A stretch of DNA of 64,000 nt from an uncultured Phycisphaerales bacterium. GTDB lineage: Bacteria; Planctomycetota; Phycisphaerae; Tepidisphaerales; Tepidisphaeraceae. A program made the translations under genes and the position numbers. The notes under the pieces are model-generated. The model saw only the letters and a program-made list of their open reading frames with translations, was not told the origin of the DNA and ran no database searches. Shown piece after piece: positions 1 through 9,183 of this stretch (position 1 is its first letter; every line of letters starts with the position of its first letter). The stretch is taken from positions 1 through 64,000 of the forward strand of contig CAVWLP010000003.1 in the NCBI GenBank assembly GCA_963755915.1, read 5' to 3'.

Positions 1-554
1 TCTCGAATCGCACTTCGGCAGCCGGCGCGTCACGGACTTTTATACAGTTGAAGGAGCGATTTTCAGCTTGGGACGAGGCGATTGAATCGCCGCCGTCAGT
101 GTTACGAAAAATACTCAAACCGATCGGATTATCGACCGTGCGATCGAATCAAATTCGCGGAGCCCTCAGACAGATCGTGCACGATTTCGGCCGTTGCGAT
201 CTTTCTGGTCTGCGGGAGAGGAGACACAATGCAGCGGAGGCGTATCTCGCGTCACTTCCCGGCGTGTCGCTGAAAGTCGCTAAATGCGTTTCCATGTACA
301 CGCTCGATGGCGAGTCTTACCGGGTAGACGCGCACGTTCACCGCATCGCTGGGCGGTTGGGTTGGATTAACCGAAAACGCGCAGATCAATGTCACAAAGA
401 GCTTGAGGCCATTGTGCCGCCGGCTTTGAGACATGCCTTTCATGTGGATTGCATCGCCCATGGTCGGGCGATTTGCAGGGCGAAGCGGCCGGCTTGTGAG
501 TCGTGCTGCATTCGCCAATACTGTGAATATTTCAAGGATGGGAAGCGAGGCTAA
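1..554 (+). CDS. Endonuclease III-like HhH-GPD DNA glycosylase with C-terminal Fe-S cluster (5' end probably upstream of the window)
   Basis: HhH motif LPGVSLKVA, VDAHVHRI (catalytic Asp), Fe-S motif C-x6-C-x2-C-x5-C (CRAKRPACESCCIRQYC). Stop overlaps the next ATG. Confidence 0.85.
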   Translation, partial: SNRTSAAGASRTFIQLKERFSAWDEAIESPPSVLRKILKPIGLSTVRSNQIRGALRQIVHDFGRCDLSGLRERRHNAAEAYLASLPGVSLKVAKCVSMYTLDGESYRVDAHVHRIAGRLGWINRKRADQCHKELEAIVPPALRHAFHVDCIAHGRAICRAKRPACESCCIRQYCEYFKDGKRG

Positions 555-1678
555 TGGCGCGACCAATTGGGATCGAACTATTCTGTGGAGTTGGAGGAAT
601 GTCGCTCGGTTTTGAGCAAGCGGGAGTTTGCGTGCCTGCCGCATTTGATTCCGATCCAGTGAACGTCGAGTACCATCGACGCAATTTCCCTCGATCGCTG
701 ACGTATCAAGATGATGTGTCGAAGCTGTCTGCCACAGATCTACTCAAGAAAGCCGATCTCGCCGTAGGCGATATTGACGTGTTATTCGGCGGGCCTCCAT
801 GTCAAGGCTTTTCCGAAATCGGCCAACGGAAACACGGCGATCATCGGAATCTTCTGATACTTGAGTTTGCTCGACTCATTCGCGCCCTACAACCGCGGTA
901 CTTCGTCGTCGAGAATGTTCGGGGGCTGCTGTACTCATACTCAAAATCGATCCTCGATTCCTTCGTTCTTCGCGTGAAGCGCTCGGGCTACAATGTTCTA
1001 GATCCTATTCAGGTTTTGGACGCCAGCAACTATGGCGTTCCTCAGAAGCGCCGCCGCGCATTTATCATTGGTCACCTCAAAAGTGTTTCTGCGCCGGAAT
1101 ACCCAAAGCCATTGCGTTGTGATGACGAATTCATCGATCCCCCAACCGTTGCTGAGGCCATTGGTGATTTGCCCTCCCTCGCTTTGCATGCAGATCTGCT
1201 TGAATCGGATGTCTTTACGGGAAAACTCGGAATACCTAGCGACTACGCGAAAGTGTTGCGCGGCGAATCTATCGACCCAGGCGATCATTCGTACAGGCGG
1301 ACATCTCCGAGAGAGGGCTTAAGCGGATGCTTTCGAACCAGTCATAGCGCGGAAACAATGAAGAGATTCCGCTCAACGGCACCTGGCACCTATGAGCAAG
1401 GCAGCCGTTATTATCGTCTCAAACTGGATGGACAATCGAACACGCTTCGGGCTGGAACCGGCCCGCTATATGGTTCGTTTACCGCCGCCCGGCCGATCCA
1501 TCCCACTGAACCACGGTGTATTACAACGCGCGAGGCTGCGCGACTACATTCATTTCCTGATTGGTTCGAGTTTCACCCCACCAAGTGGCATGGCTTCAAA
1601 CAGGTGGGGAATGCAGTACCGCCGCGATTAGCGCGTGCTGTTGCAGAATCTATTGTGAGAGCGGCCTGTAAGCATTGA
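554..1678 (+). CDS. DNA (cytosine-5)-methyltransferase
   Basis: Motifs I (ELFCGVGG), IV (GGPPCQGFS), VI (ENV), VIII (QKRRR), IX-X (EAARLHSFPD, QVGNAVPP). Confidence 0.97.
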   Translation: MARPIGIELFCGVGGMSLGFEQAGVCVPAAFDSDPVNVEYHRRNFPRSLTYQDDVSKLSATDLLKKADLAVGDIDVLFGGPPCQGFSEIGQRKHGDHRNLLILEFARLIRALQPRYFVVENVRGLLYSYSKSILDSFVLRVKRSGYNVLDPIQVLDASNYGVPQKRRRAFIIGHLKSVSAPEYPKPLRCDDEFIDPPTVAEAIGDLPSLALHADLLESDVFTGKLGIPSDYAKVLRGESIDPGDHSYRRTSPREGLSGCFRTSHSAETMKRFRSTAPGTYEQGSRYYRLKLDGQSNTLRAGTGPLYGSFTAARPIHPTEPRCITTREAARLHSFPDWFEFHPTKWHGFKQVGNAVPPRLARAVAESIVRAACKH

Positions 1679-1692
1679 GACAAGGAGTACCT

Positions 1693-3102
1693 ATGGCTAC
1701 CGACGCGTTGGATCCTGTATCTGCTCATCCCGTAAAGTCATTCTTTGTCCATATGTTGACGCGAGATATTTCGCTTGAAGACGCGGTCTTAGATCTGCTC
1801 GATAACAGCGTCGATGGAATCCAGCGCTCAGAAACCGTCAAGGCTTTGCAACGGCAAAAGCCTTATGACGGCTACTGGGCGAAGGTCAAATTCTCAGCAG
1901 ATTCATTCGAAATTGATGACAACTGCGGTGGTATTCCCTGGAAATATCATGACTACGCATTTCGGATGGGACGACTGAAATCCGACGTTGACAAAGGCCG
2001 TCCTACGGTCGGCACCTACGGTATTGGGATGAAGCGAGCGATCTTTAAGATCGGCACAAATTGCGTCATCACAACACACTCAAAAGACCTCTCGTATTCG
2101 CTCAAAATATCGAAATCTTGGATGGCCAGCGAAAGCGATTGGGACTTACAGCCCGAGGAAATCCCCGCGAGGGAAAGCACGGGAACGAGAATTAAGGTCG
2201 AGACGGTTCATCCCGCGATAAAACCGCGTTTAGCTTCGTCCCAATTTGAAAATCTTCTCATTGACCTCATAGCTACGCATTTCGCATACATTATGGCGAA
2301 GGGGTTCAAGATCAGCGTGAACGGAAAATCGGTGACACCCAAGACCATAAAGTTATTATTCGCTAAGCAACAGGCGCCGAAGGATACCATCAGACCATTC
2401 GTGTACGAAGCCGAGGACAAAGGCGTCAATGTCTTCTTGGCCGTCGGATTCACATCGCCGATTCCGAGCAAAGAAGAGGCCGACGAAAGCCAGGAAAATT
2501 ATTCTGATCGCTTCTCCTCCGCGTTGGCGGGATGGACGGTCATCTGTAACGATCGAACGGTTCTTTATTGCGACAAAAATGCGCTGACGGGCTGGGGAGT
2601 TTCGGGCGTGCCTCAGTTTCACCCTCAGTTTACAGCCATATCAGGGGTTGTCATCTTCACCTCAGACCAACCGGAGAAGCTGCCCACGACGACGACAAAA
2701 CGAGGAATAGATGCGTCGTCAAGCCTCTACTTGCATGTTCGCGACAAGATGATTGAAGGAATGAAGTTGTTCACGCAATACACCAACGTTTGGAAGAGCA
2801 GAGAACTGGTGGCCGAATCCAGGGAACGAATGAAGGCGATCGAAACCCTTGAAATATCGCAGCTTCGGCAGGAAGTTGGGGAACTGGATATGACATCGAC
2901 GAAGGGCGCCGTGAAAGGAAAGCAATACAAGCCCGAGCTACCGCGCCCTGTAATTACGAAAACAACGGACCGAATTTCATTTGTTAGGCCAACCCGGGAA
3001 ATTCGTAAAGTTTCCTCATTCCTTTTTGCCACTGCCTCGCGAGAGGCAAAAGCTGTTGGAGAGAAGTGCTTTGAATTGATCCTTGAGGAGGCAGAGAAGT
3101 GA
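1693..3102 (+). CDS. GHKL-superfamily (HATPase_c/MORC-like) ATPase
   Basis: N box DLLDNSVD, G1 IDDNCGGI, G2 GTYGIGMKRA, GTRI, followed by a long C-terminal region. Confidence 0.85.
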   Translation: MATDALDPVSAHPVKSFFVHMLTRDISLEDAVLDLLDNSVDGIQRSETVKALQRQKPYDGYWAKVKFSADSFEIDDNCGGIPWKYHDYAFRMGRLKSDVDKGRPTVGTYGIGMKRAIFKIGTNCVITTHSKDLSYSLKISKSWMASESDWDLQPEEIPARESTGTRIKVETVHPAIKPRLASSQFENLLIDLIATHFAYIMAKGFKISVNGKSVTPKTIKLLFAKQQAPKDTIRPFVYEAEDKGVNVFLAVGFTSPIPSKEEADESQENYSDRFSSALAGWTVICNDRTVLYCDKNALTGWGVSGVPQFHPQFTAISGVVIFTSDQPEKLPTTTTKRGIDASSSLYLHVRDKMIEGMKLFTQYTNVWKSRELVAESRERMKAIETLEISQLRQEVGELDMTSTKGAVKGKQYKPELPRPVITKTTDRISFVRPTREIRKVSSFLFATASREAKAVGEKCFELILEEAEK

Positions 3103-4120
3103 GCAAGCTAACTAAGAACAGGCATCCAGCTTATCATCTTCGCCCCAACAAGGCAGTTGATCGGCTACTGTTTCTCGAAATAATGCATGCGCTCGACGCT
3201 TTCAATAATTTAGATCGTCACACGTACGTTGGTTTCGCCGGGCCGTTTTTGGAAGACGCGAGGTTGGTCGCACAGAACTATCCCAAACTTCGTCAGATTT
3301 CTGTTGAGCTGGACGAGGAAACACACAAGCGTCAAAAGTTCCATCGGTGCTCCAGACTGCTGGACTTAAAGCATTCGTCATTCAAGGACTTTCTTGCTAC
3401 GGGCTTTCCTGCTGGCCCGACAATTGTCTGGGCTGACTACACAGATATGGATCGCCAAGTCTTGCTCGAAGTATCTGATCTAGCGCGCAAGGCAACGCCT
3501 CTGAGCATGTTGAGAGTTACTGTGTCAGCGGAAACCCCCGTTTATGAAGCTCTCGATTTGTTTCTGCACCCTTACAACCTTCCGAAAGGAAAGGTGCGAG
3601 AGTTCAAGAAATTTGCAGAGAAGTTCGCGGACCAAATGCGCATTCCGGATGTGGCGTATGACCCGTCGTTGTTTGTCTGGTCGAACTTTATTGAAGCCAA
3701 CTATCCAACTCTATTGGCAAGAATATTGGAGTCGGTGGTCCACGGCTCGTGCGTGCTACCAAAGCAATTCATCCCATTGCACGCAGCGAAGTATTCAGAT
3801 GGAACGATCATGCTAAGCTTGACTGGTGTCTTCTGTGAGTCGTCAACCAGCGGCGAAGTGCAAAGGCATTTCCAAAAGGCAGGAATCTTGAGGAGCCAAC
3901 CAGTTGCCGTCGAAGCGATCGACATTCCAGTCCTCACTACGAAGGAACGCATGCATTTGGAATCATTGCTTCCTACGGCCACATTTGACGGAAAGCGCTG
4001 TTGAAAACGTATGGGTTATTTGATTGAAGGGGACGATTCCGAGGAATTGAGCGACTATAAGCTGGGCCAATACGAAAAGTATCATCGGCTGTATCCATTT
4101 TCGGACGACTTGTGCCATAA
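3099..4120 (+). CDS. Uncharacterised methyltransferase-like protein, interrupted by a probable sequencing-error stop at 4002-4004
   Basis: N-terminus YHLRPNKAVDRLLF, YVGFAGPFLED, WADY, YSDGTIML resembles a family annotated 'O-methyltransferase' (from recall). The same frame continues past TGA as KRMGYL...YEKYHRLYPF; adding one T gives YPFFGRLVP* ending at 4120. GTGA overlap with the ATPase gene. Confidence 0.6.
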
Positions 4121-4186
4121 TCGCATAGATATGCGGGCGGCGAAGTGATGCCGACGTTTGAGGTGACAGAACATGTGGAGGAAATC

Positions 4187-4360
4187 ATGAACGTCGAATT
4201 ATCGCGCGACGAGATTCGGACCCTTCTCGAATCTCTCGATTATTCCCTTCAACGCGTAGGATCCACACAAGGCACCCCGCGAGATGTAAAGCAACAGAAT
4301 TTGAAGCGCCTGGAGGACGTCAAGGAGAAACTTCTTGAAGCAACACGGAATGGGGAATAA
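4187..4360 (+). CDS. Small hypothetical protein
   Basis: GGAGG Shine-Dalgarno before MNVELSRDEIRTLLESL; helical composition. Confidence 0.5.
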   Translation: MNVELSRDEIRTLLESLDYSLQRVGSTQGTPRDVKQQNLKRLEDVKEKLLEATRNGE

Positions 4361-4400
4361 GGGCCGGGCGGGACGGTAAAACTCTAGTCGCACCATCACA

Positions 4401-5072
4401 TCACCACAGGGTCGGATGATCAGGATGAGGATCGACATACGTATCCTCGCCATCCACGGGACGCGGTGGTTGCACCTCACCGTCGCGCGTGACTTCCCAA
4501 ATCAATTCGCAGGTACAGCGACGATCCTGCCCAGGCTCTATGAGCATCTTCGACCCGCATGCTTGACACCACACGCGAGCAGTATGGCAATGGCGACAAG
4601 CCCCTGCTAGCCACCAGAGCCAAGCTTGGATGTATTCAACCGCTCCATTTTGATCGAGGACGATGCAGTCCTTTCCGCATGATGGGCACATGATCCAGAA
4701 GTCCTCGACCATGAACTCCAACGCCTCTTCTAATGTCCAGACTCGACAATCGAGCCGTGACGCATCGGCTTTCGCGATCGCTCCCTCAGTGAAGCCATTC
4801 GGCGCCACGATCACGGCCTTGTCTGCACTGACGGCTTCCGCGAGCATGATGACCTGCTCAACCGTATTCACATCGATACGATCCTCATGGAATTTCGCGT
4901 CAACCAACACGTGAAGGGTCATGCCCTTGAAATTGCATTCCATCCAGAGGTCAATTTGGCGGGGACGACCGGTATCTTTATCGGATCGACGGATGTTCCG
5001 AAAGACATGGCCGAGCTGGTCCATCTGCTCATATAGGTCACCAACCGCAGACTGATACTCTTGCCACGTCAT
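4401..5072 (-). CDS. Mrr-like PD-(D/E)xK restriction endonuclease with C-terminal Zn ribbons
   Basis: TWQEYQ, RQIDL, VLVDAK, VAPNGFTEGA; CxxC pairs CPSC, CRHC, CQAC. Confidence 0.8.
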   Translation of the reverse strand: MTWQEYQSAVGDLYEQMDQLGHVFRNIRRSDKDTGRPRQIDLWMECNFKGMTLHVLVDAKFHEDRIDVNTVEQVIMLAEAVSADKAVIVAPNGFTEGAIAKADASRLDCRVWTLEEALEFMVEDFWIMCPSCGKDCIVLDQNGAVEYIQAWLWWLAGACRHCHTARVWCQACGSKMLIEPGQDRRCTCELIWEVTRDGEVQPPRPVDGEDTYVDPHPDHPTLW

Positions 5073-5437
5073 CAACTCATTTCATCAGATTTGGCGTCCG
5101 CTGGAAATCCGAAAGGCGACGGCACTATTTTTGCCCAGCGCCCGCCGTCTTTTGCCCCAACATCATTCACCCGTTTTTGGTGGATAAATGTGTGAGCGTC
5201 ATTCATCGCCTTCGCCAGAACAAGCAAATCGTCCGGACCAAAGCTGGAACTGTCTTTCCATTCGTTCCCGTCCTTATATGAACGGCTGAACGTAACGTTG
5301 TACACTGGCCGGCTGGCGTTGCCGTTGTCCACCATGTTGCGCCAGATCGCGGCACGGACCGAGCCATAACGGATGGTCTGAACCGGACGATTTGCCGTCT
5401 TCTCGGTTTTGCTCGCATCGTTCGTTGATTGCGCCAT
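5072..5437 (-). CDS. Conserved small mobile-element protein (possible ssDNA-binding fold); paralog of 46659-46934
   Basis: IRYGSVRAAIWRN...NVTFSRSYKD..W....SFG.DDLLVL, shared with the second copy; GGAGG Shine-Dalgarno. Confidence 0.7.
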   Translation of the reverse strand: MAQSTNDASKTEKTANRPVQTIRYGSVRAAIWRNMVDNGNASRPVYNVTFSRSYKDGNEWKDSSSFGPDDLLVLAKAMNDAHTFIHQKRVNDVGAKDGGRWAKIVPSPFGFPADAKSDEMS

Positions 5438-5465
5438 ATCACACCTCCAGTTTGAGTGGGTTCAT

Positions 5466-5759
5466 TCAGGTCATTGCGGCCGCAAGAGAATCCAGTTCTT
5501 CCGCCGTTCCGCACACAATGCGCTCACACACGCGCACAAACTCGGCTACGCCGAATTGTTTGAGGAATCCGATCCGTGGCTCACGCGCCAGACCTCGCTC
5601 CGTCGCAATGCGCACCGCCTCGTCGTAGGTCGGCAACGCCGGGCCGATCGCGTCATGGGGCCGTATATCCGCCAGATCCGTGAGGATCGTGACGACTTGA
5701 ATGATGCTGGGTGAAGATTGCCGCTTGAAAACGGCGAAGGTTGCGGTGGCGGCGATCAT
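5466..5759 (-). CDS. Hypothetical protein at the end of the trb operon
   Basis: ATGA overlap with the upstream gene; AAGGAG Shine-Dalgarno. Confidence 0.5.
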   Translation of the reverse strand: MIAATATFAVFKRQSSPSIIQVVTILTDLADIRPHDAIGPALPTYDEAVRIATERGLAREPRIGFLKQFGVAEFVRVCERIVCGTAEELDSLAAAMT

Positions 5760-6039
5760 GGTTGCTCCTTCGGCGCCGGCGCCACTGAAGGCGCGGCGGA
5801 TTGGCGGCTACTGCGCGATCGGGCCTTGAGACCGTACTTGGCGACTTGGAATTCACGGTCGCCATCCATGAAACGACGGGCCATTTCGCGGAGTAGATCG
5901 GATTCCGACACGTCCGCGCCATACGCTTGCTTGTAAAACGCCTTATAGCCTCCAGGTCTTGCGCCAGTTCGTGGTTGATTTCTACGGTCAACTTCACGCG
6001 AGTTGTCTGGTGGAAAGGATGCAGTGCAATCTCGGGCAT
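5756..6039 (-). CDS. DUF2274-like protein (frameshifted)
   Basis: VKLTVEINHELAQDL joined to YKAFYKQAYG...LLREMARRFMDGDREF across two frames; canonical position after trbI. Confidence 0.75.
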
Positions 6040-6056
6040 GTGAATCTCCGTCAACA

Positions 6057-7382
6057 TCAAGGGACATACGGTTCCAGGATCATGTCTTTGTTCACAAGGA
6101 CGCGCAGGGGCCAGCCCTGCCGGATGGTGATCGTCGGCTGGACGTCGAGTTCGCGGTCAATCACTTTCTCGCCGATCCGGTCGACTTGTTGAGCCACAGT
6201 GTCGCCAACCACGTCTTGGCCATTGTTGCCGCTGCTGCTATTGGGATCGCGAGCCAAGTTACCGCCATAGGCGAGGGCAGTGGTCAGCGCCGTTGCTTCC
6301 GCCAGCTTGTCCAGGTGGTAATCGACCTTATCCTGTAGTCCGGCTTGTCCGGCTTCATCCGTCCCCGGCATTCCGTCCAGCACGATCGAGTTGCCGTTCG
6401 GATAGATCAGCCGTTGCCATACAACCAGCGCGCGGTTTTGGCCGTTTGTGACAAGGCTCTGATATTTGCCAAGCAGCTTCGAGCCTTGCGGAATCAATAG
6501 GTAGTTGCCGGTGACGGTATCATAGACGTTCTCCGTCACCTGGCCGATCACTTCCCCTGGCAGATCCGTGTTGATCGCTGTGACCAAAGCGCCGGGGATG
6601 ACGCTGCCGGCTTTCAACTCATACCTGGACATCGGATTGAGCAACGGCTTGGACAAGTAAGGCTCGACTGCCGCCCCTTGAGTCAAAAACGCTTCCTTCT
6701 CCTGCTGATGGTTTTGGATGCTTCCGCCGGATGGGCCACCGTCGGGTCCACTGACGTTCTGATCGCCACCACCAGTGCCCATCGTGCCTGCGTCCATCAT
6801 CCCACTGCGATTGGCACCGGGGCCAAGCATCACTATCGTCGGCATCGTCGCCGGACCCGATATGATCCCCGTAGATGTTGTTGATGACGAAGTTGACTTG
6901 GCCCCACCGAACAGCAGCGGCGAATCGAGGGCCGCTTGTTGCTCCTTCTGCTGTTGTTCCAGCATCTTTCGCCGTTGTTCGGCGAGCTCGCGCATCGCCT
7001 GGGCGAGGGCCTGATCCTGGGCGGACGGTCCCGCTGGACGAGTTGCTGGCGCCGGTAGTCCACTCAAGCCGTCATAACCAGTGCCAAGGCGATTCACATC
7101 GAATGAATAGTCCTGTGGCAGGTCTTTCACTGATTCAATCGGCCCGGTTGGACGAATGGAATTCTCGTCGGCGGGTCCGTCCTTACGCGGCGCGCTATGG
7201 TCGCCGAAGCCGAGCATCAGGACGACCAGACCGAGCGAGGCACCGAAAATTCCGGCCAGTAACAACGCTCGGCGGCTGATCCGAGTGACAGGCAGCGGCG
7301 TACCGCGCACGTCTATCCGCTCCTCGCCATTGCTGGCTGGTCGTTCGGTCTGTCCGAGATTGGAGGTATTGTTTGGAATCAT
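6057..7382 (-). CDS. trbI: Conjugal transfer protein TrbI (VirB10)
   Basis: YELKAGSVIPGALVTAINTDLPG, NVYDTVTG..LLIPQGS, PTITIRQG..LRVLVNKD; N-terminal TM segment. Confidence 0.95.
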   Translation of the reverse strand: MIPNNTSNLGQTERPASNGEERIDVRGTPLPVTRISRRALLLAGIFGASLGLVVLMLGFGDHSAPRKDGPADENSIRPTGPIESVKDLPQDYSFDVNRLGTGYDGLSGLPAPATRPAGPSAQDQALAQAMRELAEQRRKMLEQQQKEQQAALDSPLLFGGAKSTSSSTTSTGIISGPATMPTIVMLGPGANRSGMMDAGTMGTGGGDQNVSGPDGGPSGGSIQNHQQEKEAFLTQGAAVEPYLSKPLLNPMSRYELKAGSVIPGALVTAINTDLPGEVIGQVTENVYDTVTGNYLLIPQGSKLLGKYQSLVTNGQNRALVVWQRLIYPNGNSIVLDGMPGTDEAGQAGLQDKVDYHLDKLAEATALTTALAYGGNLARDPNSSSGNNGQDVVGDTVAQQVDRIGEKVIDRELDVQPTITIRQGWPLRVLVNKDMILEPYVP

Positions 7383-7397
7383 TGCAGTGTTCTCCGG

Positions 7398-8402
7398 TCA
7401 GTCTTTGGCGTCGGCGCGAACAATCGCCACGATGGTCTGCGGCGCTTGGCCGAGGCGCAATTCCGCTTTATCAAACAGTCGATCGACGATGTACCAGTCG
7501 TCTTTGACCCGGTAGTTGACGAGCTGCGCGTTGCCGTTGCGCCCCAGGACGAACAGAGGCGGCGCTTCGGTCACCGTGACTTTCGGCGGGAATTGGATGT
7601 AAGTCTTTTGCCCGTCATCGAAAGCCCGCAGCGGGCACCAAGGCGGTGTCGCCGAATGCTTTTGCCGCAGAATCAGGTAATTGAAGTTGGCCTTGGACAG
7701 ATCCAAGCCGGTCACAACCGTTGCTTGCGCCGCCGCCTGCTGGACCGCGACTTGATTCCGGATCATCACGACATCCCCGAAGGGATAGTTCCAGGCGATC
7801 ATGGTGTGATAAACGCCCGTATCAATGCTTGTCAGGTCCAGCGTGTAGATTCGCTGGTCGGTGGTGATGAGCAGATTCGTTTGCAATCCCGCCTTGCGCG
7901 GTTTGACCAGCAACAGCGTCTGCGCGGTCTCGCCCGAACCGGATTGCACGCTATCGACGAGCCAACGCACCGTATCACCCGCCGCGGCGGTGATAAGCTT
8001 TTCGCCGGGGCGCAGCGCGATCGTGGTGACGTATCCCGGCGAAGTGATAGCCGTATAGACGACACCCGGCGCGTAGTCGTAATACTGAATGGCATTCAGG
8101 AAGCCATCAGTTGTCGGCTGAGTCGTCGCGCCCGCGTTTGCCGCGGCGATTGCCGCAGCGCCAGTTTGGACCGCCGGCGCGTTATTCCCCGAACCGATGG
8201 GACGAAGTTGCGGACTCGCCACCGGCACCTTTACCTCGACGATCCTTGGAACGGTGGCAAAGTCATCGGGCATCAGCGCCGCCGGTCGCAGTCGTGGGTC
8301 CGGCATCACCGGCACCGTCGGCGTTTCGCAGTATTCGCAGCCACCAAGGGCAAATGTGGCCATGACGAAGCCGCAAAGTAATAAGCCTCTTCGATAATTC
8401 AT
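7398..8402 (-). CDS. trbG: Conjugal transfer protein TrbG (VirB9)
   Basis: AAAGDTVRW, LLVKP, TNLLITTDQR.Y, RAFDDGQKTYIQFP, APPLFV, LVNYRV, YIVDRLF. Confidence 0.95.
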   Translation of the reverse strand: MNYRRGLLLCGFVMATFALGGCEYCETPTVPVMPDPRLRPAALMPDDFATVPRIVEVKVPVASPQLRPIGSGNNAPAVQTGAAAIAAANAGATTQPTTDGFLNAIQYYDYAPGVVYTAITSPGYVTTIALRPGEKLITAAAGDTVRWLVDSVQSGSGETAQTLLLVKPRKAGLQTNLLITTDQRIYTLDLTSIDTGVYHTMIAWNYPFGDVVMIRNQVAVQQAAAQATVVTGLDLSKANFNYLILRQKHSATPPWCPLRAFDDGQKTYIQFPPKVTVTEAPPLFVLGRNGNAQLVNYRVKDDWYIVDRLFDKAELRLGQAPQTIVAIVRADAKD

Positions 8403-8417
8403 TGCATGCCTCCGTTG

Positions 8418-9183
8418 TCAGGATTGTTTGGATTGGGAGTCGATGCGTTGGGCGCGGCGCAAGCTATCGTCGCGCATCACCGCTCCCGAAAACTCTCGGC
8501 TCCAGGTGAAATTCGTGATGTAAACGCCAATAGGGTTCTTGAAGGAATCCGACTCATCCCGTGGGGGCATCAACTTGACCTGAAAGAGCCCCGTGTATTC
8601 CTCGCGCGATCGGCGAAGACCGTTGGAATAAGTCGTCTCGACCCAACGCACTTGAAAGGTGTCATTGGCTTTTTGAAGGATGCTGCTGATTTCGACGGTT
8701 CGCGCCGTCGCGCCCTCGCCGGGCAAGCTCTTCATGCCGGCGTCGGATGCCGCGTATTCGTTCATCGCGTTGACCGCTTGGCCGGCGAGGAATTGGTATG
8801 CCTTGGTCCACTGCTGACGCATCACGACGGGATCGAGCGGACGCTCTCGCACCATCCGCACGACTTCGCCAACGAAGTAGCCCACCTGCGCCATGGATGG
8901 CTGATACGGGGCGCTGGCCAGCGTGATCCGACCCGGCATCCCTGCCTTATCCACTTCAACGACATAGGTGGCGACCTGCTTCTTGACGCCCAGGACGACG
9001 GCGCCGCTCGTCGAGATCAATGCGATAGCCATCGACGCGAACGCGATGTATCGCCAGTTGCGTGCTTGCACGCGCCGATCCGATCCGTTCATCCCAGGCC
9101 GCCGCGGCGCGAGCGTATGGGTTGTGACTGTCGCCCGATCCACCGTTCTTGCCATAACTGGTTGTCATATTGGGAAAACTCAT
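8418..9183 (-). CDS. trbF: Conjugal transfer protein TrbF (VirB8-like), frameshifted near 9090
   Basis: NPYARAAAAWDERIGSAR + VQARNWR, YVVEVD, DPVVMRQQW, FQVRWVE, KNPIGVYI. Confidence 0.93.

Noticed and set aside
4002-4004. Selenocysteine or alternative genetic code at the in-frame TGA
   Set aside because: TGA is a normal stop throughout the window and no SECIS-like hairpin is evident; a homopolymer miscall explains it.
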